Positions 1 to 10,361 of a stretch of 64,000 nt of DNA are shown piece by piece. The translations under genes and the position numbers were made by a program. The notes below the pieces were generated by a model that saw nothing but the letters and a program-made list of their open reading frames with translations, did no database searches and was not told the origin of the DNA. How positions within the stretch are numbered: the first letter of the stretch is position 1; each line of letters begins with the position of its first letter. This DNA comes from Alphaproteobacteria bacterium (GTDB lineage: Bacteria > Pseudomonadota > Alphaproteobacteria > SHVV01): NCBI GenBank assembly GCA_965261735.1, contig OZ253470.1:3328001-3392000 (forward strand), in the 5' to 3' direction.

Positions 1-327
1 CAGGATGCTGGGGTCGTCCAGACCGGCGATGGCATTGTGCGAGAGCTGAATCGCGATCCGCCGCTCACGGTTGAGCGGCGTCGTGATCTCCATGACATCC
101 ACTTCCTCAAGACCGGCCTTGATCGCCGCCATCACCCGGTGATTGCCGGACAAGACCTCGAGCCTGCCGTCCTCCGTCTCACAAACCAGCGGCACGCTGG
201 TGAGACAGCCATCGCGGCGGATGTTCTCGACCAGTTGCGAGAACATGGCATCGGTCATATAGCGCGCGTTCTTCTCCAGCAGTGCCAGCTCACGCAGCTT
301 GACGCGCCGGCTTCGGGTCTTGAGCAT
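1..327 (-). CDS. ParB/Srx N-terminal domain protein (runs off window edge)
   Basis: Manual translation, absent from the ORF track: MLKTRSRRVKLRELALLEKNARYM...LVENIRRDGCLTSVPLV...EVLSGNHRVMAA. The GxHR ParB motif is present. Confidence 0.75.
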   Translation of the reverse strand, partial: MLKTRSRRVKLRELALLEKNARYMTDAMFSQLVENIRRDGCLTSVPLVCETEDGRLEVLSGNHRVMAAIKAGLEEVDVMEITTPLNRERRIAIQLSHNAIAGLDDPSIL

Positions 328-847
328 AGCGCCGGAACCAGTCGCGGTAGATGTCTGTTGTTCGGCGCGCAGGTTCGACGCCGATTGGCGCGCCAAATCT
401 TTGAGATCCCTTGATTCTAGGGGGTCAAACTTACGCGCCGAATAACAGTACGAGAACGACAAGCCCCTCAAGGTGGCATCGGAGATCCAGCCCGAGAGCG
501 TCATCGGCCTCCAGGTCGACACCGCAGTGCACGACCCGGCCGAGTACTCCGTCTCCGACCTCCCCGACGGGTTCGCGCTCAAGATCACAGCCTCACGGTG
601 ATTGGCAAACTCCCCAGCCACTGTCGGCCCCAGACCACCGTCCGCTGTCCCACCTTCCACGGCACTCGGTGAGAATCGTCGCCGCCAGGATTGCGGAAAC
701 TCTTCTCGCCGACGTCAACACTTCCCCCGGAGACGGCCCCCGTCGACGATGTGGACACAGCATAGCGCCAGTGGTTATCGTCTGTTGTTCAATTCTTCGG
801 GCCGCAGAATGGTTGCTTGCGCACCCAGTCCACCGACAAGGGTACCG

Positions 848-1171
848 ATGACCAAATCCGATCCGAAGGTCGCCGACGAAGTCCCCTGGTCCGATGGCAT
901 CACCGCGTACGACGACCGGCACCACGAAACGTACCTTCACCTTCTCGACGCTGAAGCGGAAGGCGTCGGAAAGCACGAGATGGCCCGGCTCATTCTCGGT
1001 TTTGACCCCACCGGCGAGCCGGAGCGAGCCCACAAGGCCGTAAACAGCCACCTTGCGCGGACTCGTTGGATGACCAAGGTCGGCTATCGCCACTTCCTCG
1101 TTGGCCGCCACCCAGCGCCGAGCGCGAGCGGGACGAACAGGCCGACCTCCTCCGGTCGCTCGGCATGTTGA
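848..1171 (+). CDS. DUF2285 domain DNA-binding protein (stand-alone)
   Basis: VADEVPWSDGITAYDDRHHETYLHLLDAEAEG...ARLILGFDP...SHLARTRWMTKVGYRHFL matches the DUF2285 pattern; ATG at 848. Confidence 0.75.
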   Translation: MTKSDPKVADEVPWSDGITAYDDRHHETYLHLLDAEAEGVGKHEMARLILGFDPTGEPERAHKAVNSHLARTRWMTKVGYRHFLVGRHPAPSASGTNRPTSSGRSAC

Positions 1172-1241
1172 CTCGTCCGCCCGACGGCCGGACCAGCTAC
1201 TGAAAGGCCGGCACCAGCGACAACCGACCAATGGATCTACA

Positions 1242-1964
1242 TTGAGATACGCACTCGTCAACGGCAATCGCACTGAGCCCCAGCCAAAGCTCACCGGGAT
1301 CTGCAATTTCTGCGGACTTGAAATGCTCTCAAAATGCGGTCGCTTTGTCTCGTGGCACTGGGCGCACAAACGCAAGTCCAATTGCGATCCATGGTTGGAG
1401 GGTGAAACTGACTGGCATCTTCAGTGGAAAGACCGCTTTCCGGCGGACTGGCAGGAGATCTTACAAGTCGATAACCAAACGAAGGAAAGACATATCGCCG
1501 ATGTCAAGACGCCGGCCGGGCTGGTCGTAGAAATCCAACATTCCCCGATTTCCGAACAGGAGTTGCAAAGTAGGGAATGCTTCTACGGAGACACGATCTG
1601 GATCGTCGATGCCCGAGATCTCGAGGGATATTTCTCTATCGGCATGACTTATGGCCTCGCTTCTATCGAGCCTATTTCGTATCACATCCGCTGGTGGAGC
1701 AGCAGCAAGCTACTTCAGCGGTGGTCGGCAGCGACAAAACCTGTCTACTTCGATATTCACTCGCAGGAGAATTCAAACCTTCTGAGATTGATGGATTTCA
1801 ACTCCGTCGAAAATTCTGGAATCCTCTCCCCCATCCCCTCCGATGCTCTCGTAAACGCCGCGCGCAATGGCGACCCCTTGCCCGTGATGCGATGTGATGA
1901 AGCGGATGCGAAGCGCTACAGTCGGTACCGGCAGATGGTTAAAGCTCCCGGAATTGGCGACTGA
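1242..1964 (+). CDS. CoiA-like PD-(D/E)XK nuclease with N-terminal zinc finger
   Basis: CNFC...KCG...WHWAHK, ETDWHLQWK, HIADVKT...VVEIQHSPI; probable TTG start at 1242. Confidence 0.8.
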   Translation: MRYALVNGNRTEPQPKLTGICNFCGLEMLSKCGRFVSWHWAHKRKSNCDPWLEGETDWHLQWKDRFPADWQEILQVDNQTKERHIADVKTPAGLVVEIQHSPISEQELQSRECFYGDTIWIVDARDLEGYFSIGMTYGLASIEPISYHIRWWSSSKLLQRWSAATKPVYFDIHSQENSNLLRLMDFNSVENSGILSPIPSDALVNAARNGDPLPVMRCDEADAKRYSRYRQMVKAPGIGD

Positions 1965-2034
1965 AGCAACAGGTAATACCTGAGACAAGAGGATTCGGAC
2001 GGTGCACACAGAAGCCTGACGCATTGGGGGTCTC

Positions 2035-2241
2035 ATGCCGACATACAAGCAAATTCAGACTTGGGTTCGCTCCCGTTACGGCTGGACGCCCGAGACATGC
2101 TGGATTGCCCATTGCAAGGAACTATCCCGCATTCCTGTTGGTCGCGCTTGGAACCGCCAGGACGGAGGGCGGGCCAAGCCCTGCCCGCCCGATAGACAGG
2201 AGGCAATCTTCGAGGCATTCCGCCACTTCGGCATAACTTGA
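2035..2241 (+). CDS. small conserved protein (TYKQIQ...CPPD...AI.EAFRHFG type)
   Basis: 68-aa ORF resembling the short domain found at the C-terminus of some RlmD/TrmA methyltransferases (from memory). Confidence 0.6.
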   Translation: MPTYKQIQTWVRSRYGWTPETCWIAHCKELSRIPVGRAWNRQDGGRAKPCPPDRQEAIFEAFRHFGIT

Positions 2242-2391
2242 GCGAATTCCCGGCGCACTCGCCCTTGACTGCCTTCGAACATTGGCCTTGAACCCGCGTC
2301 GCTACGAGGGCTGATTGATCACTTCCGGCGGACTTGGCACGTGTTCGTGCCAGTCAGAACCGAGTTCCACGCCCGACTTCTCTCCGTTTCT

Positions 2392-3378
2392 CTATGGTGG
2401 CCACCCGCGCATTCGAGTCGTCTCTTCAAACCGCACTGGATCATCGTCTCGGCGAAGCTTGTCCAGATTCAAGAACTCGAGCGGTCGGTTGTCGACGTAA
2501 ATCACCATACTGACAAAGCTTGGCGCAATGTCCCAAACTCTGCTCGCTACAGTCTCGTACAGCCTCGACTTCGCTTCATCGAGCGTGTCTCCCCGCAGCC
2601 GATAGCCGTTCCTATGCATCCTCATTCCGGGAATTTCCGGTTGCGTCCTGAACCAGTGCGTCCGTCTCCTTGCCGTCCACCACTGTTTCGCAATTCTTCG
2701 ATTGCGACCTGGCATGAGCACTTCAAATGCGTCGACAACGAACCCCACAGACCCAGCAATTGCTTCACCTACATTGACTGCCCAACCTATGCTGTTGGAC
2801 ATGATCGCATCCACCAACCCCCATTTGAACCGCTGCCGAATGGCAACCACTCTGCGTTTGTGTCTGGCGTCCTTTTCTCGCAGCGAATCGAGAAATTCAC
2901 ATTCGGCCGAAAACGTCACGGTATCGTCCTTGCTCTCATACGAGACTATCCTGCCTGTATTGATGCAAACCCTCCGCATTACGTTGCCGTTCGCATCCAC
3001 CGCGCAAATCATCCACTGCATTTTGCGGTCTCTATAGTATTCTTCAGACAGAACCTCCCGCATTTCCTTGCTCATCGGGAGCGAGGCAGACATTCTGCCT
3101 CGCTCGCTGGTCTCCGAAGACAAAACACTCCACATGCTCGACGCATCCTGTCTCAAGACATTGCCGATTCCGTGCCATTCGTGACCTTCCCACTCTAATG
3201 AACCTTGGCCGGAATGAACCCGCATGGGAAAGAACATGAAGTCAAAATGGACGAACAGGTAAGCTCCGTTCTTCTCCCAGCTATCGACGGCCTTGCCGTA
3301 CGCGCTCTGCATCAATGGCCTCCATAACCGCAAGCCCAGTGGATACCGAATGTGCGGGCTCAGCTTCGCCCCTCCCAT
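2392..3378 (-). CDS. hypothetical protein; N-terminal half resembles a phage tail/baseplate hub protein
   Basis: 328-aa ORF with LFVHFDF...RVHSGQGSLEWEGHEWHGIG and ...TGRI...VTFSAE. Confidence 0.5.
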   Translation of the reverse strand: MGGAKLSPHIRYPLGLRLWRPLMQSAYGKAVDSWEKNGAYLFVHFDFMFFPMRVHSGQGSLEWEGHEWHGIGNVLRQDASSMWSVLSSETSERGRMSASLPMSKEMREVLSEEYYRDRKMQWMICAVDANGNVMRRVCINTGRIVSYESKDDTVTFSAECEFLDSLREKDARHKRRVVAIRQRFKWGLVDAIMSNSIGWAVNVGEAIAGSVGFVVDAFEVLMPGRNRRIAKQWWTARRRTHWFRTQPEIPGMRMHRNGYRLRGDTLDEAKSRLYETVASRVWDIAPSFVSMVIYVDNRPLEFLNLDKLRRDDDPVRFEETTRMRGWPP

Positions 3379-3450
3379 CGGTGCTGAAGCGTTTGCCGAA
3401 TACGCTTCATGACGTTGCGTCCCTCGGCTCGTACTCCTTCCGCCGACCTT

Positions 3451-3930
3451 TCAAATACCCACATCGTTGATTTTCAGAGTGGCCCCAAGGGCTTTGTCGT
3501 TCAACCGGGAGAGGCCGCGCCACATGACGATATTGCCCGGCGGCGGATCCTTGGTGAGTGCGAGATAGCCGCCAAGCCTTGCGACCTTGATGAGATAGAA
3601 CGAGAGCGTTCGGGCAGGGGAAGGATCGGCGGTTGGATCGGGGATCAGGCGATCGAGGATGTTCGTATCCAACTTGGTCAGCACCAGGGCCGGTTCAAGG
3701 TCCGGCTTGGCTCGGTTGAGCATCGTCAACCAGAACACGCGCCAACTCAGGATACAGAACACCGCGAGCAACCGGACCAGCCGCTCAGCAGTGCGCAGTC
3801 GTGCCTGCTCGGCCCGACAGCCCGATTTCAGGATCTTGTGAAAGACCTCGATCTTCCAGCACATAGCATACCATTGCAGCTTTTCCACGGCATTAGCGTG
3901 GCTAACGGCGGCGTCGGGGCCGAAGACAGA
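3451..3930 (-). pseudogene. IS4 family (IS50/Tn5-like) transposase, C-terminal fragment
   Basis: WYAMCWKIEVFHKILKSGC (YREK-like) and ARLGGYLA...DPPPG...WRGL; N-terminus missing, 5' boundary approximate. Confidence 0.8.
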
Positions 3931-4780
3931 ATTCTGGCCCACGATACCCTCATCGTCGATCGCTTGCGCACGCCAGTCGCGGGCTCCATCGTTCCCGCCA
4001 CAATCGAGACGCTCGCAACAAGCCGGCCGCCACCGGAGCCAAATGTAACGGACTTTTGAACGCGCCCCAACGATAGCGCCGACGGCGGTGCAATCCACCC
4101 GCTCGGCGTCCTGCCGGAAAGTTCGTCACTACGCCACCCGAGCCCCGGCCACCGTTCGAAAAATCCGTCCCGCGCACCCTCCGCGTCAAGGCCCCGATGC
4201 TTCCAAACCCGAAACCCGTGCCGCGGCCCACCGCGACGACACTCTTCGTCGCGGTTTCCTTTGCGAGCAGCGCGCCGCAAAGAGTTCGAGTTTGGCCGGG
4301 AGGCGGGCGGTGGATGGGCACTCGAGAGAGCGCGCCCCGCCGTTCGCAACCACGGAACCATGGGAGACGGCACAAATGCAGATGGCCACAATGCTTCGTC
4401 GCAGCACGCGCACTTTCCTCACACACTTATTCGGCCCGGGCCTCGATGACGACCGCTACGTGATTGAGCGGTTCCAGTCGAAGGCCGACGGCGAGATCCT
4501 CCCCCGGCACGGCAGTGGGGCCTCGAAGAAGGGCCGGGGCAAGGCTTCCCGCGAGATCGTCTCCCTGAGCACCGTCCAGCGGATGAGGCCCGAGCGCGAC
4601 GAGATCATCATCTGCACGGGCCTCAACTGCTCCAACCTCGGCGTTCAATATTGGGGTGACCGAGCGGTGGGCCTGTTCGTAAACGCCAAATATCGCTGAC
4701 CTGCGGTCGCCTGGGACGTCCAGCAGGGCTTCGCCGGCCGGACGTCCTTCGCCGGGACTACAACCGCGGAAAGGAGAAAC

Positions 4781-6224
4781 ATGCCATACAAAGATCCCGA
4801 GCAAGAACGAAATCCAGAGCTCTGGATTTCGTTCTTTATGCCGAGTAGTTGTTAATGCCGAGTCGCCTGTGGAAGATGGCTGATTCATGCGGTTATTCCT
4901 CACTTTCACTCGGCATTAATTCCAGGCATCCCCGCCCGCCGAGAACTCTCATCGGGCTGTCCGTCGCACCGGGGAAAGTCCCTGGCCGGATGGAGGGCGG
5001 TACGTTGGTCTCAAGGATTCGCAGTTTTTCGGCCGGGCTGGCCCGGAGGTACGCTTCGGTGGTTTTGATGTCCGCATGACCGAGCCAGAGCGAGACCTTC
5101 CGGATATCCCCGGTTGCATGCAGGATCGTCATCGCCGTGGAATGACGGAGCACATGCGGGGTAACCCGCTTGCCCTCGATCGACGGAATCCCTTCACGAA
5201 CGCGGAGATCGTCGATGAACGCAAAAATGATTGGGTCGAAGCCGGCCAGTGCCGTGATCCCCGGAAGGGACTGGTGGTCGGGTCTTGAAGCCATTGTCGT
5301 CCTCCATTTCATTGAAAGGGAGAACGACTCTATCGAAGCGGGGACGCCTGGAATTGAAGCGGGGATGCCTGGAATTAATGCCGAGTGAAAGTGAGGAATA
5401 ACCGCATGAATCAGCCATCTTCCACAGGCGACTCGGCATTAACAACTACTCGGCATAAAGAACGCGCATGCGGGCGTCGGCGTTATGAACGCATCACCGC
5501 CGAGCGGATCGCCCGCGGCATGTGTCCGAGGTGCGGAAAGGCGAAGCCCGCGCCCGATCGGACCTTGTGCCGGCACTGCGGCGAAAAGCGTCGCAAGGCC
5601 GAGCGCGCAAGATGCGCCAGGGCCAAGGCGGCCGGCATTCTTTACGGCGGCAGAGACCCGGAACGGTGCCGAGAGTTTGCGCGCGACAGGAGCAGGCGGC
5701 GTGATCGGGCACGGCGGGACGCTCGCACGTGCACGCGCTGTGGCACACATCCACCCATTGAAGGCGGCACGGTATGCGAACCGTGCCACGTGGCACGGCG
5801 TGACAGGGAGCGGGAACAATATGCCGCGCGGCGAATCGCCGGCTTGTGCGGCCGGTGCGGGACGCCCGCGCCCAGCGATACAGCGTATTGCGACCGGTGC
5901 GCCAGGAGCGCGGCCAAACGCTCAAGGAAAAAAGCGAAGAATACAAGAAGCCGCCAGCGTTACGTCCAGCGGCGAGTACGAAGGCTTTGTATAGATTGTG
6001 CCGCACCGTCCCAGGGCGCGTCCCGGTGTCCCCCGTGCGCCCGCCGGTCCTGGGCACGTTCGGGAGAGCATCGCGGTCTGCCGGTTCTGCCACCTCGAGT
6101 TACGGTCATCGAGATCGCCTCGGGGGTCAATCATGGGACATGGGACCGGTGGGAAGATGTAGTGGTCTGCCTGGCCTTCGCCAAGCTTTCCCGGGACCAA
6201 GTGGAGCTGATCCCGGATATGTAG
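4781..6224 (+). pseudogene. Cys-rich protein with 8 CxxC motifs, interrupted after codon 10 by a 655-bp insertion
   Basis: RBS AAGGAG and ATG at 4781 (MPYKDPEQER). Removing 4810-5464 rejoins in frame to ACGRRRYERIT...CPRC...CRHC. Confidence 0.75.
4810..5464. mobile_element. deleted RIT-like (tyrosine recombinase) element remnant with 106-bp inverted arms
   Basis: Inverted repeat 4830-4935 / 5359-5464 containing iterated ATGCCGAGT; AAGAACG at both junctions (4803-4809, 5458-5464); internal integrase C-terminus TPHVLRHS...WLGHADIKTTEAY on the - strand. Confidence 0.7.
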
Positions 6225-6546
6225 AGCACCGCCCGGTATGCGGCGCGGGCGTCCGAAAGCTCGTTGCCGCACGCTGCGCACGCTTCCGGGAATTTGCGCC
6301 TTTGCGCCTTGCGCGGCTCACCGGCACGAACCGTCAAAACCGCCATATTGGGGAAATGCGTCGCGACGTTTCACGTGCTTCCCGACGCCTCCATATATGT
6401 GTGCCCGGCAACATGGACCCGACATGATCCTCCCCGCCTCGCGGCGCGGCACATAGAGAGTCAAAGGACGGCTCAGCCGGGGTGATTCAGGAGATGCGCG
6501 GAGGGCGTCATTTCCCCCGGCGTCCCCGCCAACCTGCTTTGCACCC

Positions 6547-6873
6547 ATGGAGGCCCACATGCTCGATGCGCTCACAGCTCCACGCGACGAAGACGATCTC
6601 AACACAGGCGCGGGATGCCGGCCGGATCCCGGCGGGTTCCAGCCGGAAGCACGGACCGGCGCACGCGAGGCTGCCGGCCACATGAAGGATCTGGCTGAAC
6701 GCTTCGCCGAACTGCGGAACGCGATCATGCGCCTGCCCGGCAATCCGTCCCGCGACGATCGCGCCGGGCTCCGCCACCGGCTTCTCCATCTGGAACACAC
6801 CTTGATGAGCGCGAGGGGCAGCCTCGACGACGTCATCATTGCCATTGCCGACGCAAACGACGCGGCCCTGTGA
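6547..6873 (+). CDS. hypothetical helical protein
   Basis: 108-aa ORF (ATG 6559 after GGAGG is an alternative start), co-oriented with the ssb cluster. Confidence 0.5.
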   Translation: MEAHMLDALTAPRDEDDLNTGAGCRPDPGGFQPEARTGAREAAGHMKDLAERFAELRNAIMRLPGNPSRDDRAGLRHRLLHLEHTLMSARGSLDDVIIAIADANDAAL

Positions 6874-7089
6874 TCACAGCTAACCGGCCGCGGTGACTCA
6901 ATTCCGCCTTGGTTGGCCAGCGCAAGGCCCGGTGACGAAGACCGCGGACACGACATGCCGCCAACGTTCCGGCCTTCCTCAACCAATGCGCAATGAGAGT
7001 TTGAGGAAGGCAAAGAAAAGGGCAAGGCGCCGGAGGCGACAAAGAGAGTTCCGCCGGTGGCGTCCCAACCCCACACACAGGAGGCGCAG

Positions 7090-7281
7090 ATGTTCAATTC
7101 CATTTTCACAATTGCAAACTCCTTCGACACCCAGCCGGACCCCGGCAGCATCGAAGATACCGATCCACCCTTCATCGCACCGTTGCCCGACACCGGCGAA
7201 CTACTGGCCGCGGCCGGATTGCCGGCCCACGCGATCCGCGAAGTTCTCGCCTCCCGGACTTACACCGGCGCGGACGGCTGA
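7090..7281 (+). CDS. small acidic hypothetical protein
   Basis: GGAGG RBS before ATG 7090 (MFNSIFTIANSFDTQPDPG...). Confidence 0.5.
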   Translation: MFNSIFTIANSFDTQPDPGSIEDTDPPFIAPLPDTGELLAAAGLPAHAIREVLASRTYTGADG

Positions 7282-7387
7282 ATAGAGGAAGAGAAGGGCT
7301 TGTAGAGAATGAACGGAGAAGGGATCGAGAGAGACCGGTTCCCGTTCGCTAACCCGATGTCATAACCCGGATCATAGGAGATTGATC

Positions 7388-7825
7388 ATGTTCGGACTGA
7401 ATAACGCGCAGTTGATCGGACGCCTCGGCGCCGACGCCACCATCAGCCATCTCACCAACGGCGGCCGCGTCGCCAACGTTTCGATCGCGACCGACGAGAG
7501 TTTCCTCGACAAAAATTCGGGCGACAAGGTGGACCGCACCGAATGGCACCGCATCGTCACCTTCCAGGACGGCCTGGTGGAGATGATGGAGAAGCACGCG
7601 AAGAAGGGCCGCCTGGTCTACGTGTCGGGCAAGCTGCAGACCCGCAAGTGGCGCAAGGACGGCGAGGACAGCGACCGTTTCTCGACCGAGATCCTGCTGG
7701 TCCCCGGCGGCCGGGTGCAATTTCTCGACAAGCCGAAAGGAAACGGCACGCCGTCGATGAACGGCGACTCCGTGCCTTCCGCCCAAACCGCCGCGACGGT
7801 GCATGACAGCGAAATTCCGTTCTAA
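7388..7825 (+). CDS. ssb: single-stranded DNA-binding protein
   Basis: LNNAQLIGRLGAD, TEWHRIV, GKLQTRKW and acidic tail DSEIPF; AGGAG RBS. Confidence 0.95.
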   Translation: MFGLNNAQLIGRLGADATISHLTNGGRVANVSIATDESFLDKNSGDKVDRTEWHRIVTFQDGLVEMMEKHAKKGRLVYVSGKLQTRKWRKDGEDSDRFSTEILLVPGGRVQFLDKPKGNGTPSMNGDSVPSAQTAATVHDSEIPF

Positions 7826-7852
7826 ACGGCTTCCTCCCTCCCGCATAACTCA

Positions 7853-7895
7853 GGGCCAGTCCCCGCCAAATGGCACGGGGCTGGCCCCTTTTTTT
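7853..7895 (+). terminator. rho-independent terminator after ssb
   Basis: GGGCCAGTCCCC...GGGGCTGGCCC stem followed by T7. Confidence 0.75.
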
Positions 7896-7997
7896 GGAGT
7901 CCCGTTCGAGGCGGGACTGAAGGGGCGTCCCGCAAAAGGCACGGAAGATTCCCCATGAAACCACTTCACGCCATCGCTCCCCAAAGAAATCGCTCCC

Positions 7998-8815
7998 ATG
8001 AACGCCACTGAAATTGCCGCTACGCTGAGTGTACGAGCCGCAGACGTCTGCCGCCGCTACCTTCCCCGCGGCCGCAAACAGGGCAGATACTGGACAGTCG
8101 GCGACACAAACGGCGCCAAGGGGCGCTCGCTCTTTGTGCGCCTGGCCTTCCAGGCATACCCGAGAAATGGACCGGCGCCGCGACCAACAAGCATGGCGAT
8201 CTGCTCGATCTCATCCGTCTGCGCACCGGCTGAGCATCGCTGCGCCGCGCCATGGAGGAGGCCCTCGCGTTCCTCTCATTGCCGCCGTCCACCCCCGCCA
8301 ATGGCGCCGCCGCCGAGGGCGTGCAGCGCACCTGGATCGACCCCAAGCGACCCGCCAAGGCCAACCTCGCCCGCCCCCGTAAAGCACTTGGGCGTGTCCA
8401 CGGCAGGGCTGTGCGATTCGGCGGGTCCGCCTCCGGCGCGACCCTGCTTGCCGGCGAGGGCATCGAAACCGTGCTGTCACTGGTCACCGCCGTCCCCGGC
8501 ATTCATGCCGCGGCGGCTCTATCAGCGGGCAGCCTCGGCGCCTTCGAACCGCCCCAAGACCTCGTGCTGTTGGTCATCGCCCGCGATAAAGACATGGAAG
8601 GCGGGCACGCCGCAAACCGTCTTCAGAGCCGTTGCGTGGAACGCGGCATTCCCTCAATCGTGATTGTCCCCGAACACTCCGATTTTAATGACGACCTCGT
8701 TGCCTTCGGAGAAGAAACCCTTGCGGCCCGGATCGCGCCCCTTATTGCAAGCATAGAGTCCGGGGGAACGGTGGAAGAGAGGCGTGGGAGTGGGAGAATA
8801 ATTAGCCCGTCATGA
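7998..8815 (+). pseudogene. toprim/primase-like protein, frameshifted and internally deleted
   Basis: N-terminal CRRYLPRGRKQGRYWTVGD...GRSLFVRL in one frame; toprim GEGIETVLS...IARDKD...DFNDDL in another. Confidence 0.75.
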
Positions 8816-9103
8816 TGTCTCATTGTCCCACACGTTCTCACTGCGCCAACCCCTGCGGGGTCCTCCACTCCGCTCACGCTCCGTTACGGCGATAGCGCGC
8901 AATGCCACGCCGCTGCGCGGCTAGCGCCGGTTGAATACGCGACCGTGGCTCAGTCGCTCCGCTCCCTGCGCCCGCACCACTCGCGCATCCCCCCGGCGCA
9001 GGCATTCCGGCCATCGTGGCTCCGCTGCGAGCGCGTGAAACAAAGAGTCATCACGACGGGGCAGCCCGCCTCGGAGGATAGAAACATTGCATTGGAGAGA
9101 ATC

Positions 9104-10021
9104 ATGCAAGAGTTCATTAGCACCGAAACGTCGTCACAGACCGCAATGGCTTGCGAACAGGCCGCCCTGTTCGGCGCGACCCCTGGTCCCGAAGAGTTCG
9201 ACAATCGAGAGATCTGGAACGAGGACGAGGCGCTTGCCGGGATCGAGGAAGCGATCCACATACTGGCCGGCGCCGTCGCACCGGACGGCACGCAACTCGC
9301 CGACGAACGCGAGAGCCTGCTCTGGGGCTTCGTGAATACGCTGCACGCACAGGTCCGGCGCCTCGACCGCGGTATCGACAAGATCGCGCCCGAGATGAAA
9401 GACCTCGGCCAGGAACAGGACGGCTCCGAGATCAAGTCGCGCGAACTGGAACTCCTGACCGACCGGGTCCAGAACCTCGGCGACCGCCGCGACGCCTTCG
9501 AGGCCATGCGCGACCTCGCCGCCGAGGGATACCGCACCGAGACCGGCGATACTTGGCGCCCGCGCAACGGATCGCACAGCAGCCAGACCGGCAAACTCAC
9601 CTCCGCCGCCATCGACGCCCGCGACTACCTGCGCGCACGAAAGGACCGCGAGACCTCCGCGCATCTGCCCGAAGGCACCCTGGTCGCCTTCACCGGCGGC
9701 AAGGACTTCGGCGACGTCACCGCCATCTGGCGCTCCCTCGACAGCATCAAAATCAAGTACGACGATATGGTCCTGCTGCACGGCGGCGGACCTGGAGCGG
9801 AGAAGATCGCGGCAAGCTGGGCCGAGAAGAACGGCGTTCACCAGGTCGTATGCAAACCCAATTGGGACCGGGACGGCAAGGCCGCACCCTTCCGGCGTAA
9901 CGACGTCCTGCTCAACTTCCTGCCGAAGGGCCTCCTCGCCTTTCCCGGTTCTGGCATCACCAACAATCTAGTCGACAAGGCACGCAAGATCGGAATTCCC
10001 GTACTTGTCGCCGCCGCGTAG
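9104..10021 (+). CDS. DUF2493 / SLOG (YspA-related) domain protein
   Basis: C-terminal VAFTGG...LLHGG...GAEKIA...AAPFRRND...FPGSGITNNLVDKA; GGAGAG RBS before ATG 9104. Confidence 0.85.
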   Translation: MQEFISTETSSQTAMACEQAALFGATPGPEEFDNREIWNEDEALAGIEEAIHILAGAVAPDGTQLADERESLLWGFVNTLHAQVRRLDRGIDKIAPEMKDLGQEQDGSEIKSRELELLTDRVQNLGDRRDAFEAMRDLAAEGYRTETGDTWRPRNGSHSSQTGKLTSAAIDARDYLRARKDRETSAHLPEGTLVAFTGGKDFGDVTAIWRSLDSIKIKYDDMVLLHGGGPGAEKIAASWAEKNGVHQVVCKPNWDRDGKAAPFRRNDVLLNFLPKGLLAFPGSGITNNLVDKARKIGIPVLVAAA

Positions 10022-10032
10022 CGATACCCCTC

Positions 10033-10078
10033 AGGGTCGGCCTCCGCCATCACTCGGTAGAGGTCGACCCCTTTTTTT
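10033..10078 (+). terminator. rho-independent terminator
   Basis: GGGTCGGCCTC...GAGGTCGACCC stem followed by T7. Confidence 0.7.
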
Positions 10079-10361
10079 GCCGGTTGGTTAGAGAAACAAA
10101 CCATGGCGGGGCGCTTCGCGCCACCGCCAACCGCGCGAGCTTACGCTCGCTGGCGGCTCCTCGTTCTTCGAACGATCCATCGCCGCCGATCGGCTCGCCG
10201 CTTCGCGCCATCGCCGTACGCGGGCGCTGATGCGCCACGCCAGCGCCCGGCCATCCCCCATTGCAACTTCATTATCCGCATCCCGAAAATAGCCACGACG
10301 GACCGCCATTCTTCGAACGCCGCTTCCTTGCTTTGCGAACCCACATGCACCTCCGTTCGGC

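Noticed and set aside
4088-4699. 203-aa ORF upstream of the Cys-rich gene
   Set aside because: Only the last ~90 codons look coding and no family was recognised; left uncalled.
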